64,000 nucleotides of DNA, from assembly GCA_965215265.1 (NCBI GenBank), contig OZ244048.1, forward strand, positions 800,001 to 864,000, read 5' to 3'. This DNA comes from Candidatus Poribacteria bacterium (lineage in GTDB: Bacteria; Poribacteria; WGA-4E; WGA-3G). Positions 10,265 through 19,918 of the stretch are shown in pieces. The notes below the pieces were generated by a model. The model was not told the DNA's origin and made no database searches. It worked only from the letters and a program-made list of their open reading frames with translations. Each line of letters opens with the position of its first letter. Position 1 is the stretch's first letter. A program made the position numbers and the translations under genes.

Positions 10265-11292
10265 GCGTGCCTCCGGTAGTTGCATGGGTACGAGAAGAAC
10301 CGTGTTTGCAAACCGTACAAAACAAAGAAATGATAGATGTCCAACACCTCACAAAGAATTATGGCCCCTTTCAGGCACTCAAAGACATCTCCTTTAATGT
10401 AGACAAGGGCCAGGTGGTTGGATTTCTCGGTCCCAACGGTGCGGGGAAAACCACCACGATGCGTATCCTTACCTGCTTCATGCCCGCCAGCAGCGGGCGT
10501 GTCACCGTGGCAGGCTACGATGTTTTCAAAGAATCGAGAGATGTACGCAAGCGCATTGGGTACCTGCCAGAAAACGTTCCCCTCTATCTTGAAATGAGCG
10601 TGGCGAAGTACCTCATCTACATGGCAAAAATTCGTAATGTCCCTTCTCGGCAGCGTAAGAATCAGTTGGATATAGCAATTGAGGCATGTGGGTTAACCGG
10701 ACGCCGGCATCAGATTATTGGGCAATTGTCGCGAGGCTTCCGGCAGCGGGTTGGATTAGCACAAGCGCTCATCCACGACCCGGATGTCTTAATTCTCGAT
10801 GAACCGACTTCCGGCTTAGACCCGCGTCAAATCGTGGAGATTCGAGAATTAATAAAAACACTCGGCAAGGAACGGACAATCCTTTTTAGCACACATATCC
10901 TCTCTGAAGCGAGCATAACGTGTGAACGTCTGATTATCATTAGTCAGGGGCGTATCACAGGGGATGTCCAGCTCGCCGATGGCCGTGCTGTCTCTATACA
11001 AACTGAAATTGCCGAATTAGTTGAAAATAAAGAAGGCGATGCGTCGGTAAAAACACTGACACTTGAAATTGCAGGTGCCGCTGCAGAGGAGGTCTCGGCA
11101 GTACTCAGGAACATTCCTGAGGTGATAACCGCTATACACAAAGGCATGACGACGTTTCAGATTCAGTACGCCATGACAACAGATATCCGGGCAGAGGTGG
11201 CAGAAACCATTGTTAGGCATGGATGGAAGCTACTTGAAATGCATACCCCTGAAATGACACTGGAAGAAGTGTTTCTCTCTTTAACTGTCTGA
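10261..11292 (+). CDS. ABC transporter ATP-binding protein (GldA/ABC-2 type)
   Basis: GPNGAGKTT, LSRGFRQR, LILDEPT, STH. Confidence 0.92.
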   Translation: MSVPPVVAWVREEPCLQTVQNKEMIDVQHLTKNYGPFQALKDISFNVDKGQVVGFLGPNGAGKTTTMRILTCFMPASSGRVTVAGYDVFKESRDVRKRIGYLPENVPLYLEMSVAKYLIYMAKIRNVPSRQRKNQLDIAIEACGLTGRRHQIIGQLSRGFRQRVGLAQALIHDPDVLILDEPTSGLDPRQIVEIRELIKTLGKERTILFSTHILSEASITCERLIIISQGRITGDVQLADGRAVSIQTEIAELVENKEGDASVKTLTLEIAGAAAEEVSAVLRNIPEVITAIHKGMTTFQIQYAMTTDIRAEVAETIVRHGWKLLEMHTPEMTLEEVFLSLTV

Positions 11293-11396
11293 ACCATCTT
11301 TTTGTAGTGTGAAGCGTTTAGGTGCTATGGGTGTGAAGCTTTTGGTGCCCATCTTGCTAGAGATTTCGCTGCCAAAAATCATCAGGAGACCTTTTT

Positions 11397-12353
11397 GTGA
11401 AACTCGTTACTTTCAAAAAATCGACATCAACAAAAGCGCCTCGTCTTGGCGCATGGATCGGCGATGATAAAATTGTGGATTTGGATACTGCTGCAAACGG
11501 GTTAGGCATGCTTGAATGCTTCGCGCAGAACCTTACCACTAACCTACAAAGCAGCATTGATGCCGTCCAAAAACAACTTACCGCCCGAACAGCCGAGGTT
11601 GGCGCGGTTTTCCCTGTTGCCGATGTGCAACTGCTGGCACCTTTCCCTCAACCTGCCAGTCTCCGCGATTTCGGAGTCTTCAAAACGCACATGGATGCTG
11701 CCGCACGGATTACTGGTAAAGAAATCTCGCCCGAATGGTTCAAACTACCTAACTATTACCGCGGCAGTACAAGTCCTGCCTCCATCGCAGGACACGAAGC
11801 TGTGATCACCTGGCCCAACTATACAGAAAAGCTCGATTTTGAGTTAGAATGGGGTGTCTATATCGGTAAAATAGGGAAAAACATTTCGGTAGCGGAAGCC
11901 CCTGAGTACATCGCCGGCTATACCATCTATAACGATATTAGCGCGCGCGACATTCAATTCCGGCACATGACCTTGGCACTCGGTCCTGCAAAAGGGAAGG
12001 ATTTCGATAATAGCAATATCATGGGCCCTTGCCTCGTCACACCTGATGAAATTGGCGATCCGTACAATCTGCGAATGATTGCCACAGTCAACGGCGAAGT
12101 CTGGGCAGACGGAAACACTTCCGATATGTATTACACGTTTGCGGAGATGATCTCATTCGTTTCTCAATCCGAAACACTTTATCCGGGAGATTTCTTAGGC
12201 TCCGGTACCGTCGGGAAAGGCTGTGGCTGGGAGCTCGATAGGTGGATCCAGCCAGGCGACGTGATTGAGCTGGAAGTGGAAAATATCGGCGTGCTTAGAA
12301 ACCGAATCGGCGAACCCGAACAGAACCGTGCCGCTTGGAAGGAAAAAGTGTAA
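11397..12353 (+). CDS. Fumarylacetoacetate hydrolase family protein
   Basis: LDFELE, NDISARD, KGKDF, PGDFLGSGT. Confidence 0.92.
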   Translation: MKLVTFKKSTSTKAPRLGAWIGDDKIVDLDTAANGLGMLECFAQNLTTNLQSSIDAVQKQLTARTAEVGAVFPVADVQLLAPFPQPASLRDFGVFKTHMDAAARITGKEISPEWFKLPNYYRGSTSPASIAGHEAVITWPNYTEKLDFELEWGVYIGKIGKNISVAEAPEYIAGYTIYNDISARDIQFRHMTLALGPAKGKDFDNSNIMGPCLVTPDEIGDPYNLRMIATVNGEVWADGNTSDMYYTFAEMISFVSQSETLYPGDFLGSGTVGKGCGWELDRWIQPGDVIELEVENIGVLRNRIGEPEQNRAAWKEKV

Positions 12354-12355
12354 CC

Positions 12356-13105
12356 ATGCGCTTGAAAAATAAAGTCGCCATCATCACGGGGGCAGCCTCC
12401 GGTATCGGAAAAGCGGCAGCTATCCTGTTTGCAGAAAACGGTGCGAACGTTGTTGTTGCAGACATCAATCGCACTGGCGGAAACCGGACCGTGGACACGA
12501 TTCGCGACACCGGCGGCGAAGCCAGCTACATTCCAGTTGATGTGACAATAGCAGATGACTCGCAACGGATGGTTCAAGAAACCGTTAGAAGTTACGGCAA
12601 ATTGGATATTCTGTTCAACAATGCAGGCATTGCGATGCGCCTCCCTGTTGCAGAACTACCAGAATCAGATTGGCACCACTGTTTAGCTGTCAATCTCACC
12701 GGAGTATACCTCTGTGCAAAAGCTGCGATTCCAGCAATGCAGGAGAACGGTGGCGGCACCATCATCAATATGTCGTCCATTTACGGGATTGTGGGTGGGG
12801 ATGTTCGCGCGGCGTATGTGGCTTCTAAGGGGGGCGTGACAAACCTCACCCGCGGCATGGCACTCGACTACGCACAGGACAACATTCGCGTTAACTGTAT
12901 TTGCCCCGGTTTTATTGAAACGCCCTTAGTTGCCGGAGTCGTCAAAACGCCAGAGGAATATCGGAAGCTGGCAGACCGGCATCCGATGAAACGGCTCGGT
13001 AAGCCGGAAGAGATTGCCTACGGTGCGCTATACCTTGCCTCCGATGAAGCCGCGTTCGTCACTGGCATCGCCCTCCCAATTGATGGAGGCTATACTGCTG
13101 GATAA
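12356..13105 (+). CDS. Short-chain dehydrogenase/reductase
   Basis: TGAASGIG, NNAG, YVASKG, DGGY. Confidence 0.95.
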   Translation: MRLKNKVAIITGAASGIGKAAAILFAENGANVVVADINRTGGNRTVDTIRDTGGEASYIPVDVTIADDSQRMVQETVRSYGKLDILFNNAGIAMRLPVAELPESDWHHCLAVNLTGVYLCAKAAIPAMQENGGGTIINMSSIYGIVGGDVRAAYVASKGGVTNLTRGMALDYAQDNIRVNCICPGFIETPLVAGVVKTPEEYRKLADRHPMKRLGKPEEIAYGALYLASDEAAFVTGIALPIDGGYTAG

Positions 13106-13322
13106 TGATAAATGAAGCATCAATCAAAAGTTATATTTTTGATTTTCAGTCAGTCAGTACATCATCAACCGCCTTAGAAAGTCCCATCGGCTTATTCTAT
13201 ACCGAGGGATGTCAGGACGTGAAAACCTGATGGACGCTATTGAAATATCTAACGCAGCGGAACTGCGTACCCTCGTAATATCATAGCACACCAACGGACT
13301 TACTCACTTTTCTATTTTAAAA

Positions 13323-16187
13323 ATGCGAAAACTATCCTTCTGTGCTTTTCTCTTTTTACTGCTAAACAGCGCATACCTATTCAGCTTCGGCGAGCCGACG
13401 CTTTTCTATATTTTTAACGTCTTACTCCACATCGTGCTGGGGATGTTCCTCCTAATTCCGTTCGGCATCTATGTGTATCGGCATTTTAGGCGCACCTCAA
13501 GGTTTAGTCAAATTGGCATCGCCTGTTTAACCCTCGGCATTTTGAGTGGTGTTTACCTCATGAAGGTTGGGGCGACGCGTCCATATCGGTGGCTGTTGAT
13601 TTTCCATATCGTCACCGTGACGCTTGGCACGCTGCTTTTCGTTATTCATCTACTTTTTCGAGAACAGAGATTCCGGCACTCAGCACGTTTAAAAAAGGGT
13701 GTGGTGTCAGTGTTTGTTATCATTTTTCTCTTTCCGCTCGGTGCGAAAGTCCTACAACACTACCTGCCGAACGAAGAATATCTTGTCAAGAACCCGGCCC
13801 TACCGCCCACCAGTATGTACGAAGAGGGGGGCGGGACAACAGGGCACTTTTTCCCCGCATCCGTTGAAACTGTAACAGGGAACCTTATTCCGACAGATTT
13901 CTTTCTCACTTCAGAGACATGTGCCGCGAAAGGCTGCCATCCGGATATTTACCAGCAATGGAATGAGTCAGCGCATCACTTCTCATCTTTCAACAACCAA
14001 TGGTACCGCAAATCAATTATCTATATGCAAGAGGTTAACGGCATTCAGCCGTCAAAGTGGTGCGGGGGCTGCCACGATCCGGCCATCCTCCTTAATGGCG
14101 TTATGGACAGGCCGATTCGGGAGAACCTGCATACACCCGCCGCGCAAGCAGGGCTTGCATGCACGGCATGCCACTCAATTGAGAAAGTCAAAGATACGAT
14201 GGGAAATAGTGGGTATCTGATTAAGTACCCGCCGCTGCATGACATCGCCGCCAGCGACAGTCCACTAGTCCGGAAACTGCACAACTACCTTATTCGACTC
14301 GATCCGGAACCGCATAAGAAGAGCTTCTTGAAACCGTTCCACCGGGAAAATACGGCAGAATTCTGTGCAACGTGCCACAAGGCGCACCTTGATGAACCTG
14401 TCAACAATTTCCGGTGGGTACGCGGCTTTAACGACTACGATCAGTGGCAAAAAAGCGGCGTTTCCCACCAAGGTGCCCTATCTTTCTATTATCCGGAAAA
14501 AGCAAAGAGATGTGTAGATTGCCATATGCCGTTAGTCGCATCCAATGATGCAGCGAATATCAACGGCAAGGTGCACAGCCATCGCTTTCCGGCAGCGAAC
14601 ACCGCACTCCCATTTGTGAATAAGCACGAAGAGCAACTCAAGGCCGTAACTGAATTTTTGCAAGATAATAAGGTAACTTTAGATCTGTTCGTGGACGGGA
14701 TGCCAATTCCACGTATACAAACAGCAACAAAACCGAGCCAAGCCGCTAAGGGGACCGAGCTTGGCAGGTATGAGTCTGCACAATTGAAAAAAGGCGGAGA
14801 CGTACGGATTGATGTAGTTGTACGCACACGGGATGTCGGTCATCGATTTCCGGCAGGGACAATTGATGCCTTCGACATCTGGCTAGAGGTGAAAGTTGTT
14901 GACGAAAACGGTAAGGTTATTTTCTGGAATGGGAGAATCGCCGCACCTGATGGAAATGGACCTGTTGACCCAAGCGCGCACTTTTATCACAGTTATTTGC
15001 TCGATGAGCACGGGAACCGCATCAATAAACGAAATGCATGGGCAATGCGCACAGTGCTGTATAGTAGAACAATTCCACCCGGTGCTGCCGACACGGTTCG
15101 TTACCGTTTGGAAATCCCAGAAGACTGCGGAGACACGCTGACACTGACAGCTAAATTGAACTATCGTAAATTCAACTGGTGGCACACGCAATGGGCTTAT
15201 GCTGGCGTACGCAATCCGGAGGATACAGATTTTCAGATGGATAAAGGGTACGATGATGGGACGTGGGTATGGACTGGGGATACATCGGATGTCGCAGGGA
15301 AAATCAAGGCAATCCCTAATCTACCCATTACTGTCATGGCATCTGCAACCGCCACGCTTAGCGTGGGAAAGGATATTGGTAAGGATACTCGTGTCGAACA
15401 AGAGCTTGGAGCTCTGCCTTCTTCTGTTAAGCGGGATGCTAGTTTGTCCAACGAGGCGAGCAGATCCGGTAAAACAACCTCGTTTACCAATGGTTCCTTT
15501 GGTTCCTTATCGCATCCGTTAGGGCAATACAAAACACACGAACGATGGAATGACTACGGCATCGGTTTCCTACTGCAAGGCGACCTGAAAGCCGCAGCGT
15601 CCGCATTTCTAAAGGTAACGGAGATAGAACCGACCTACCTTGACGGTTGGGTGAACGTGGCGCGATGCCGTATTGAAGAAGGGGAAATGCGTGGGGCAGA
15701 AACAGTTCTTGACAAGGCGTTTGAAATCCAGAAGACGTTACCCCCTGAAAATCCACATCGTGCAAAGGTTCACTACTTTTATGCCCTTGTACAGGAAGCT
15801 TACGGGAATTACGACACAGCCATTCAGCACATTCAACTCGCCGCCTCGCAATTTCCACGCGACACACGGGTCCGAAACAAGTTGGGACGGCTCCGCTTTC
15901 TCAAACGTGATTATGAAAACGCCCTGCAAGAATTTCAGAAAACGCTGGCAGTCGACCCGGAAGATCTGGATGCACATTATAATATGATGCGTTGTTACCG
16001 CGCACTCAAGAATCCTTCCATGGCCGCGCAATCCCAGAAATTATATCTGCGGTTTAAAGTGGATGAATCTGTCGAAGCGATCACCGGCACCCCACGGCGC
16101 ACCGATGCCAACGCTAATCGGGAGCGCCAACCGATTCACGAACATACCAACAGTTATGAACCTTCAAGCGAAATACCCAACGATTGA
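13323..16187 (+). CDS. Membrane-anchored multiheme cytochrome c with C-terminal TPRs
   Basis: About 5 N-terminal TM helices; CAAKGCH, CGGCH, CTACH, CATCH, CVDCH; TPRs in the last about 200 aa. Confidence 0.85.
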   Translation: MRKLSFCAFLFLLLNSAYLFSFGEPTLFYIFNVLLHIVLGMFLLIPFGIYVYRHFRRTSRFSQIGIACLTLGILSGVYLMKVGATRPYRWLLIFHIVTVTLGTLLFVIHLLFREQRFRHSARLKKGVVSVFVIIFLFPLGAKVLQHYLPNEEYLVKNPALPPTSMYEEGGGTTGHFFPASVETVTGNLIPTDFFLTSETCAAKGCHPDIYQQWNESAHHFSSFNNQWYRKSIIYMQEVNGIQPSKWCGGCHDPAILLNGVMDRPIRENLHTPAAQAGLACTACHSIEKVKDTMGNSGYLIKYPPLHDIAASDSPLVRKLHNYLIRLDPEPHKKSFLKPFHRENTAEFCATCHKAHLDEPVNNFRWVRGFNDYDQWQKSGVSHQGALSFYYPEKAKRCVDCHMPLVASNDAANINGKVHSHRFPAANTALPFVNKHEEQLKAVTEFLQDNKVTLDLFVDGMPIPRIQTATKPSQAAKGTELGRYESAQLKKGGDVRIDVVVRTRDVGHRFPAGTIDAFDIWLEVKVVDENGKVIFWNGRIAAPDGNGPVDPSAHFYHSYLLDEHGNRINKRNAWAMRTVLYSRTIPPGAADTVRYRLEIPEDCGDTLTLTAKLNYRKFNWWHTQWAYAGVRNPEDTDFQMDKGYDDGTWVWTGDTSDVAGKIKAIPNLPITVMASATATLSVGKDIGKDTRVEQELGALPSSVKRDASLSNEASRSGKTTSFTNGSFGSLSHPLGQYKTHERWNDYGIGFLLQGDLKAAASAFLKVTEIEPTYLDGWVNVARCRIEEGEMRGAETVLDKAFEIQKTLPPENPHRAKVHYFYALVQEAYGNYDTAIQHIQLAASQFPRDTRVRNKLGRLRFLKRDYENALQEFQKTLAVDPEDLDAHYNMMRCYRALKNPSMAAQSQKLYLRFKVDESVEAITGTPRRTDANANRERQPIHEHTNSYEPSSEIPND

Positions 16188-16941
16188 ACATCAAAACGCC
16201 GCCGAAGCCGTTATTGACTTCTTTGCACCGCTTGATAAAATTGACGCACTCTGCTTAACATGTTCATGTGCACGTGGTAAAGCGACTAAAGATAGCTGCC
16301 TCGACCTGCTTGTGATTGCAAAGCCAGAAGTTATCTCCACATCCCAGGGCGGACTTGAAAAAATGTGGACGGAATTCTATGCGACAGCGCCTGTTTTTCA
16401 ACGACTCGCTGCTGTCGGAAAATATGCACACGTAGATTTAGAATTCAGCGACGGGCACTTTTTGCCAAGGCAACGCGGCTGGACAGGTGGACCGGATGAA
16501 TTCGAACTCGTCATCGGGAATTACCTTGTTTACAGCGTCGTGCTGCATCAAAAGAGCAGCTATTTTCAGCAACTTAAGGAAAAATGGCTCCCTTATTACG
16601 ATGAAGCTCTGCGCCAAAAACGGCTCCGCACGACACGTGACTATTGTCTCAACAACCTCGATCATATTCCGCTTTACGTTGCACGCGGACTTCACTTTCA
16701 AAGTTTCAACCGTTTTTACGATGCCTTTCGCGAATTCTTGCAGGCACTCTTTATTGCACACCGCACTTACCCTATCGCCTACGACAAATGGATCCAAGAA
16801 CAGATTGTGGATATCTTAGAAATGCCACAACTCTATGTACAACTACCGCGTCTGTTTGAGCTCGATAATTTCGAAAGCACCCACATTGTGGAAAAGGCAG
16901 AGCTCTTGAGAAGTCTATTGGCTACATACGCACCTGTCTAA
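16156..16941 (+). CDS. Nucleotidyltransferase-fold protein
   Basis: TCSCARG..DSCLD resembles the GSxARG..SDxD Pol-beta NTase motif; helical C-terminal domain with YDKW. Confidence 0.6.
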   Translation: MNLQAKYPTIEHQNAAEAVIDFFAPLDKIDALCLTCSCARGKATKDSCLDLLVIAKPEVISTSQGGLEKMWTEFYATAPVFQRLAAVGKYAHVDLEFSDGHFLPRQRGWTGGPDEFELVIGNYLVYSVVLHQKSSYFQQLKEKWLPYYDEALRQKRLRTTRDYCLNNLDHIPLYVARGLHFQSFNRFYDAFREFLQALFIAHRTYPIAYDKWIQEQIVDILEMPQLYVQLPRLFELDNFESTHIVEKAELLRSLLATYAPV

Positions 16942-17050
16942 TTCAACTCATACACCGATTCGTTAATCAAAAGACGCTATTTTCTCACTTACCCTCATTT
17001 TTTTTGAGAGTCGTCTGTGTGTGATATTGTTACGGTTGTCTGTGAGAAAA

Positions 17051-17152
17051 GTGGCAGGATAGGTATTCTTTATCTCTCTTTTCAGGAGAGTGGCAGGATA
17101 GGTATTCTTTGTCTCTCCTTCAGGACAGACAAGATAGCCTTTTACCTGCCAC
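17051..17152. repeat. Palindromic repeat B (about 63 bp, 17090-17152) preceded by a 39-bp tandem partial copy
   Basis: gtggcagg...cctgccac ends with inner tgtctctcct/aggacagaca stem; homologous copy at 63525-63588. Confidence 0.85.
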
Positions 17153-17241
17153 CGACTAGGCAGTGCGCTTGTGTCAAATCAGAACGGATCTCCTCTATGG
17201 TAGCTCTGCATGAAAAACGAGATAAGAAAGCGTTGGCTCCA

Positions 17242-17417
17242 TTTTTTGTATATCTCCGTACCATCAATGCGTATGTAATGATAACTCGTGTGTAAATCTC
17301 GTCGGAGACTACTTAGGTAATGTCTTTAAAATCATAACATCAAACGGCTCCGACGAGATTTGTAAGGGATTCAAAATAGCAGCAGCCTGGATTGGGTGCC
17401 TGTAGACAAACAAAAAA
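17242..17417. repeat. Large imperfect-palindrome repeat A, copy 1
   Basis: Exact 20-mer ctcgtgtgtaaatctcgtcg (17285-17304) shared with 19533-19552 and, reversed, 63627-63646; inner inverted repeat aaatctcgtcggag/ctccgacgagattt. Confidence 0.85.
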
Positions 17418-17432
17418 TCCGTGAGAAAGGGC

Positions 17433-17461
17433 TTGACAATTCGGCAAAAATTTTCTATACT
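17433..17461 (+). promoter_or_regulatory. Sigma70-type promoter (probably leaderless) for the TA remnant and methyltransferase
   Basis: TTGACA-17 bp-TATACT; ATG 6 nt downstream at 17468. Confidence 0.7.
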
Positions 17462-17467
17462 TGAGAT

Positions 17468-17707
17468 ATGCAAAGTCGCACCAGGCAGATACTCGTCTAT
17501 ACTACGCCAAGCGAACGTAATCCTTATCGGCAATGGTACACGCGGATTACAGATGAAAAGGCGAAGATAAATATCTCTCATAGAATTGGACTTTACGAGC
17601 AGATAACTTTGGCGATTTCAAGCAACTGAGCGCTAGAAGAAGTAGCAGAAGCACAAGGCGGAATTGCTTTCCTTGTGGCATAGACACAACTCAGTTATCA
17701 GAATCTT
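17468..17707 (+). pseudogene. Decayed RelE/HigB-like 'addiction module killer' toxin fused to an HTH 'antidote' antitoxin fragment
   Basis: MQSRTRQILVYTTPSERNPYRQWYTRITDEKAKINISHRIG, frameshift, LRADNFGDFKQLS; then ALEEVAEAQGGIAFLVA*TQLSYQNL. Confidence 0.7.
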
Positions 17708-17744
17708 ACTTATCTTCAAAATTCTGGACATTCGGAGGAACACG

Positions 17745-19488
17745 ATGAAAATCAGCCCTGTTAAAGGGAGAGCGATGCTTCATTGGGTGGGCAAACGCCC
17801 CCTCGAGACGGTGAGCAACTATCCCGCCCAATTGGTGGAAACTTATAACGTTGAAGACCCAGAGACAGAGCCGCTATATGGTAGATTTTTGGAGGGGCCG
17901 AACCTCCTCTTTCACGGCGATAACAAGGAAATTCTCTCCACCTTACTTGTCAACGGCTTCCGTGGCAAGATAGATCTCATCTACATTGACCCGCCCTTTG
18001 CTAGTGGTGCAGACTATGTCCGAAAGGTGAAACTCCGCGGCATTAGAGGGACTATCCTGAGTGAAGGTGCTGGGAACCCAGGTGGGAGTAGGGGGGGGTA
18101 AACCCGCTTCTTTAACAGGCGAAGGTCCCTCCATTATTGAACAGACACAATACACCGACATCTGGGCGAATGACACTTATCTCCAGTTCATGTTTGAGCG
18201 GCTTATCTTGATGCGAGAGCTGCTGAGTGAAAAAGGGAGCATCTACCTGCACTGCGACTGGCATAAGAGCCATCATCTCCGTATGCTCCTCGATGAAGTA
18301 TTCGGCGAACAGAACTTCGTCAATGAGATTATCTGGTGCTACACAGGGCCGTCTCGGAAAAATAAATTCTTCCCACGGAAACATGACACCATACATCTTT
18401 ATAGCAAGGTAAGAGATCACATTATTTTTAACATGGATGAAATAAAAATCCCGTACAAAAAAACACGGACAGGCACATCTAAGGGATCAGCATTCTTGCA
18501 GGATGACTATGAGATGGACGAAGCGGGTAAGGTTCCTGAAGATTGGTGGGATAATATAACACCGGTTGGACGAAAACCTCACGAACTGTTGGGGTTTCCC
18601 ACGCAAAAAACTGAAGCTCTGATAGAAAGGATTATTAAGGTGTCAAGCAATGAAGACTCCATCGTGCTGGATTGCTTTGTAGGAAGTGGCACCACCGCAG
18701 TCGTCGCTGAAAAACTCGGCAGACGCTGGATCGCCGTAGATTTGAACAGAGGCGCGATACAGACGACAATGAAACGCATCCAGACAACTATTGCCGAACA
18801 CCGCGGAATCGCTCACTATCGCATTAATAACTATCACTTTAGCGAACAACAGGAACTCCGCAGGCTCCTCATCGAAAAGTATGGCATAGAAACGGACAAG
18901 AAAGACCGCTTCTTTGACGGCACCGTAGACGGAACCCTCGTCAAAATCGTTGAACTGACAAAACCGCTCACCCGATTAGATATTCAGCTTATCAAAGACG
19001 AACTGCAGCACCGCCCGGATGAGACGCGCGCGGTGACGGTGCTCTGCAACGGTAGCGAGCTGGGAATACAAGCCGAACTTGACGCAGAAAACAAGCATCA
19101 CCCGATTAATAAACTCATCGTGCGGGACATCCAACGCGACGGCGTCACCACCTTCGCCCCTGCTGAAGCAGAAGTTGACTTCAAAAGAGACAGGCAACAC
19201 GTTACCATCACCCTCGTAGATTATATCAGTCCGAGCCTCTTAGGGCGTTTGGAGATAGCCCGCACCCTCTTTGACGAACAAATAGATGATTTCCGTGCGC
19301 AGATTGATTGCGTGCTGATAGATACGGACTACAACGGCAGGCATTTCAGAATCGTTGAGAGTGATGTGCCGGAGAAGCAGCGCGATTTTATCAAGGGCCA
19401 ATACACGGTAGTGCTGCCGCACCCTGATGCCCGCGTTGCCGTCAAGATTATTGATATGCTGGGTGAGGAAACCGTGGTAACAGAATAA
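17745..19488 (+). CDS. Type III Mod-like N6-adenine DNA methyltransferase, frameshifted at a G8 tract (18091-18098)
   Basis: 5' ORF carries GDN and IYIDPPF; 3' ORF carries EQTQYTDIW, GSIYLHCD, FPTQK, LDCFVGSGTT; deleting one G joins them. Confidence 0.88.
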
Positions 19489-19492
19489 ACAG

Positions 19493-19726
19493 TTCGTATC
19501 TCTCCGTACCGTCAACGCTTATGTCGTGAGTCCTCGTGTGTAAATCTCGTCGCCCGCCCACCTAAATCCTCTCTCTGTTTAGATTCATAGCATAAGAACC
19601 CTCTGGCGAGATTTGTGCTTAGGTTTTCAAAACATAAAGAGTTGTTGGGCTGAAAGAGACGAAAAAACGAGATTTATACAGTGATTGACACAACATCAAC
19701 CGTTGATGGGCTGAAAGAGACGAAAA
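19493..19726. repeat. Repeat A, copy 2 (one left arm, two tandem right arms)
   Basis: Starts 4 bp after the MTase stop; shared 20-mer; right-arm tgggctgaaagagacgaaaa occurs twice. Confidence 0.85.
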
Positions 19727-19918
19727 GAGGTATTTTATCATAAACCGACTGCTTTTCTCACGCTTTTCCAAACAAAAACCTTTCATGACAAACCTTCAAA
19801 AAAAATGGGGGGTAAGTGACACACTATTTTAACTTGACTTTTTGCGTGGAGTGTATTAGACTTTAACGTTAAGTCAAAAAACCACTGGAAATCCGGGTAT
19901 CTCTTTCATACAATAACA

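Noticed and set aside
13106-13290. Possible gene remnant between the SDR and cytochrome genes
   Set aside because: Short open stretch with no recognisable motif or convincing start.
17051-19726. CRISPR array interpretation of repeats A and B
   Set aside because: No regular repeat-spacer periodicity, the copies are degenerate and inverted, and no cas genes are in the window.
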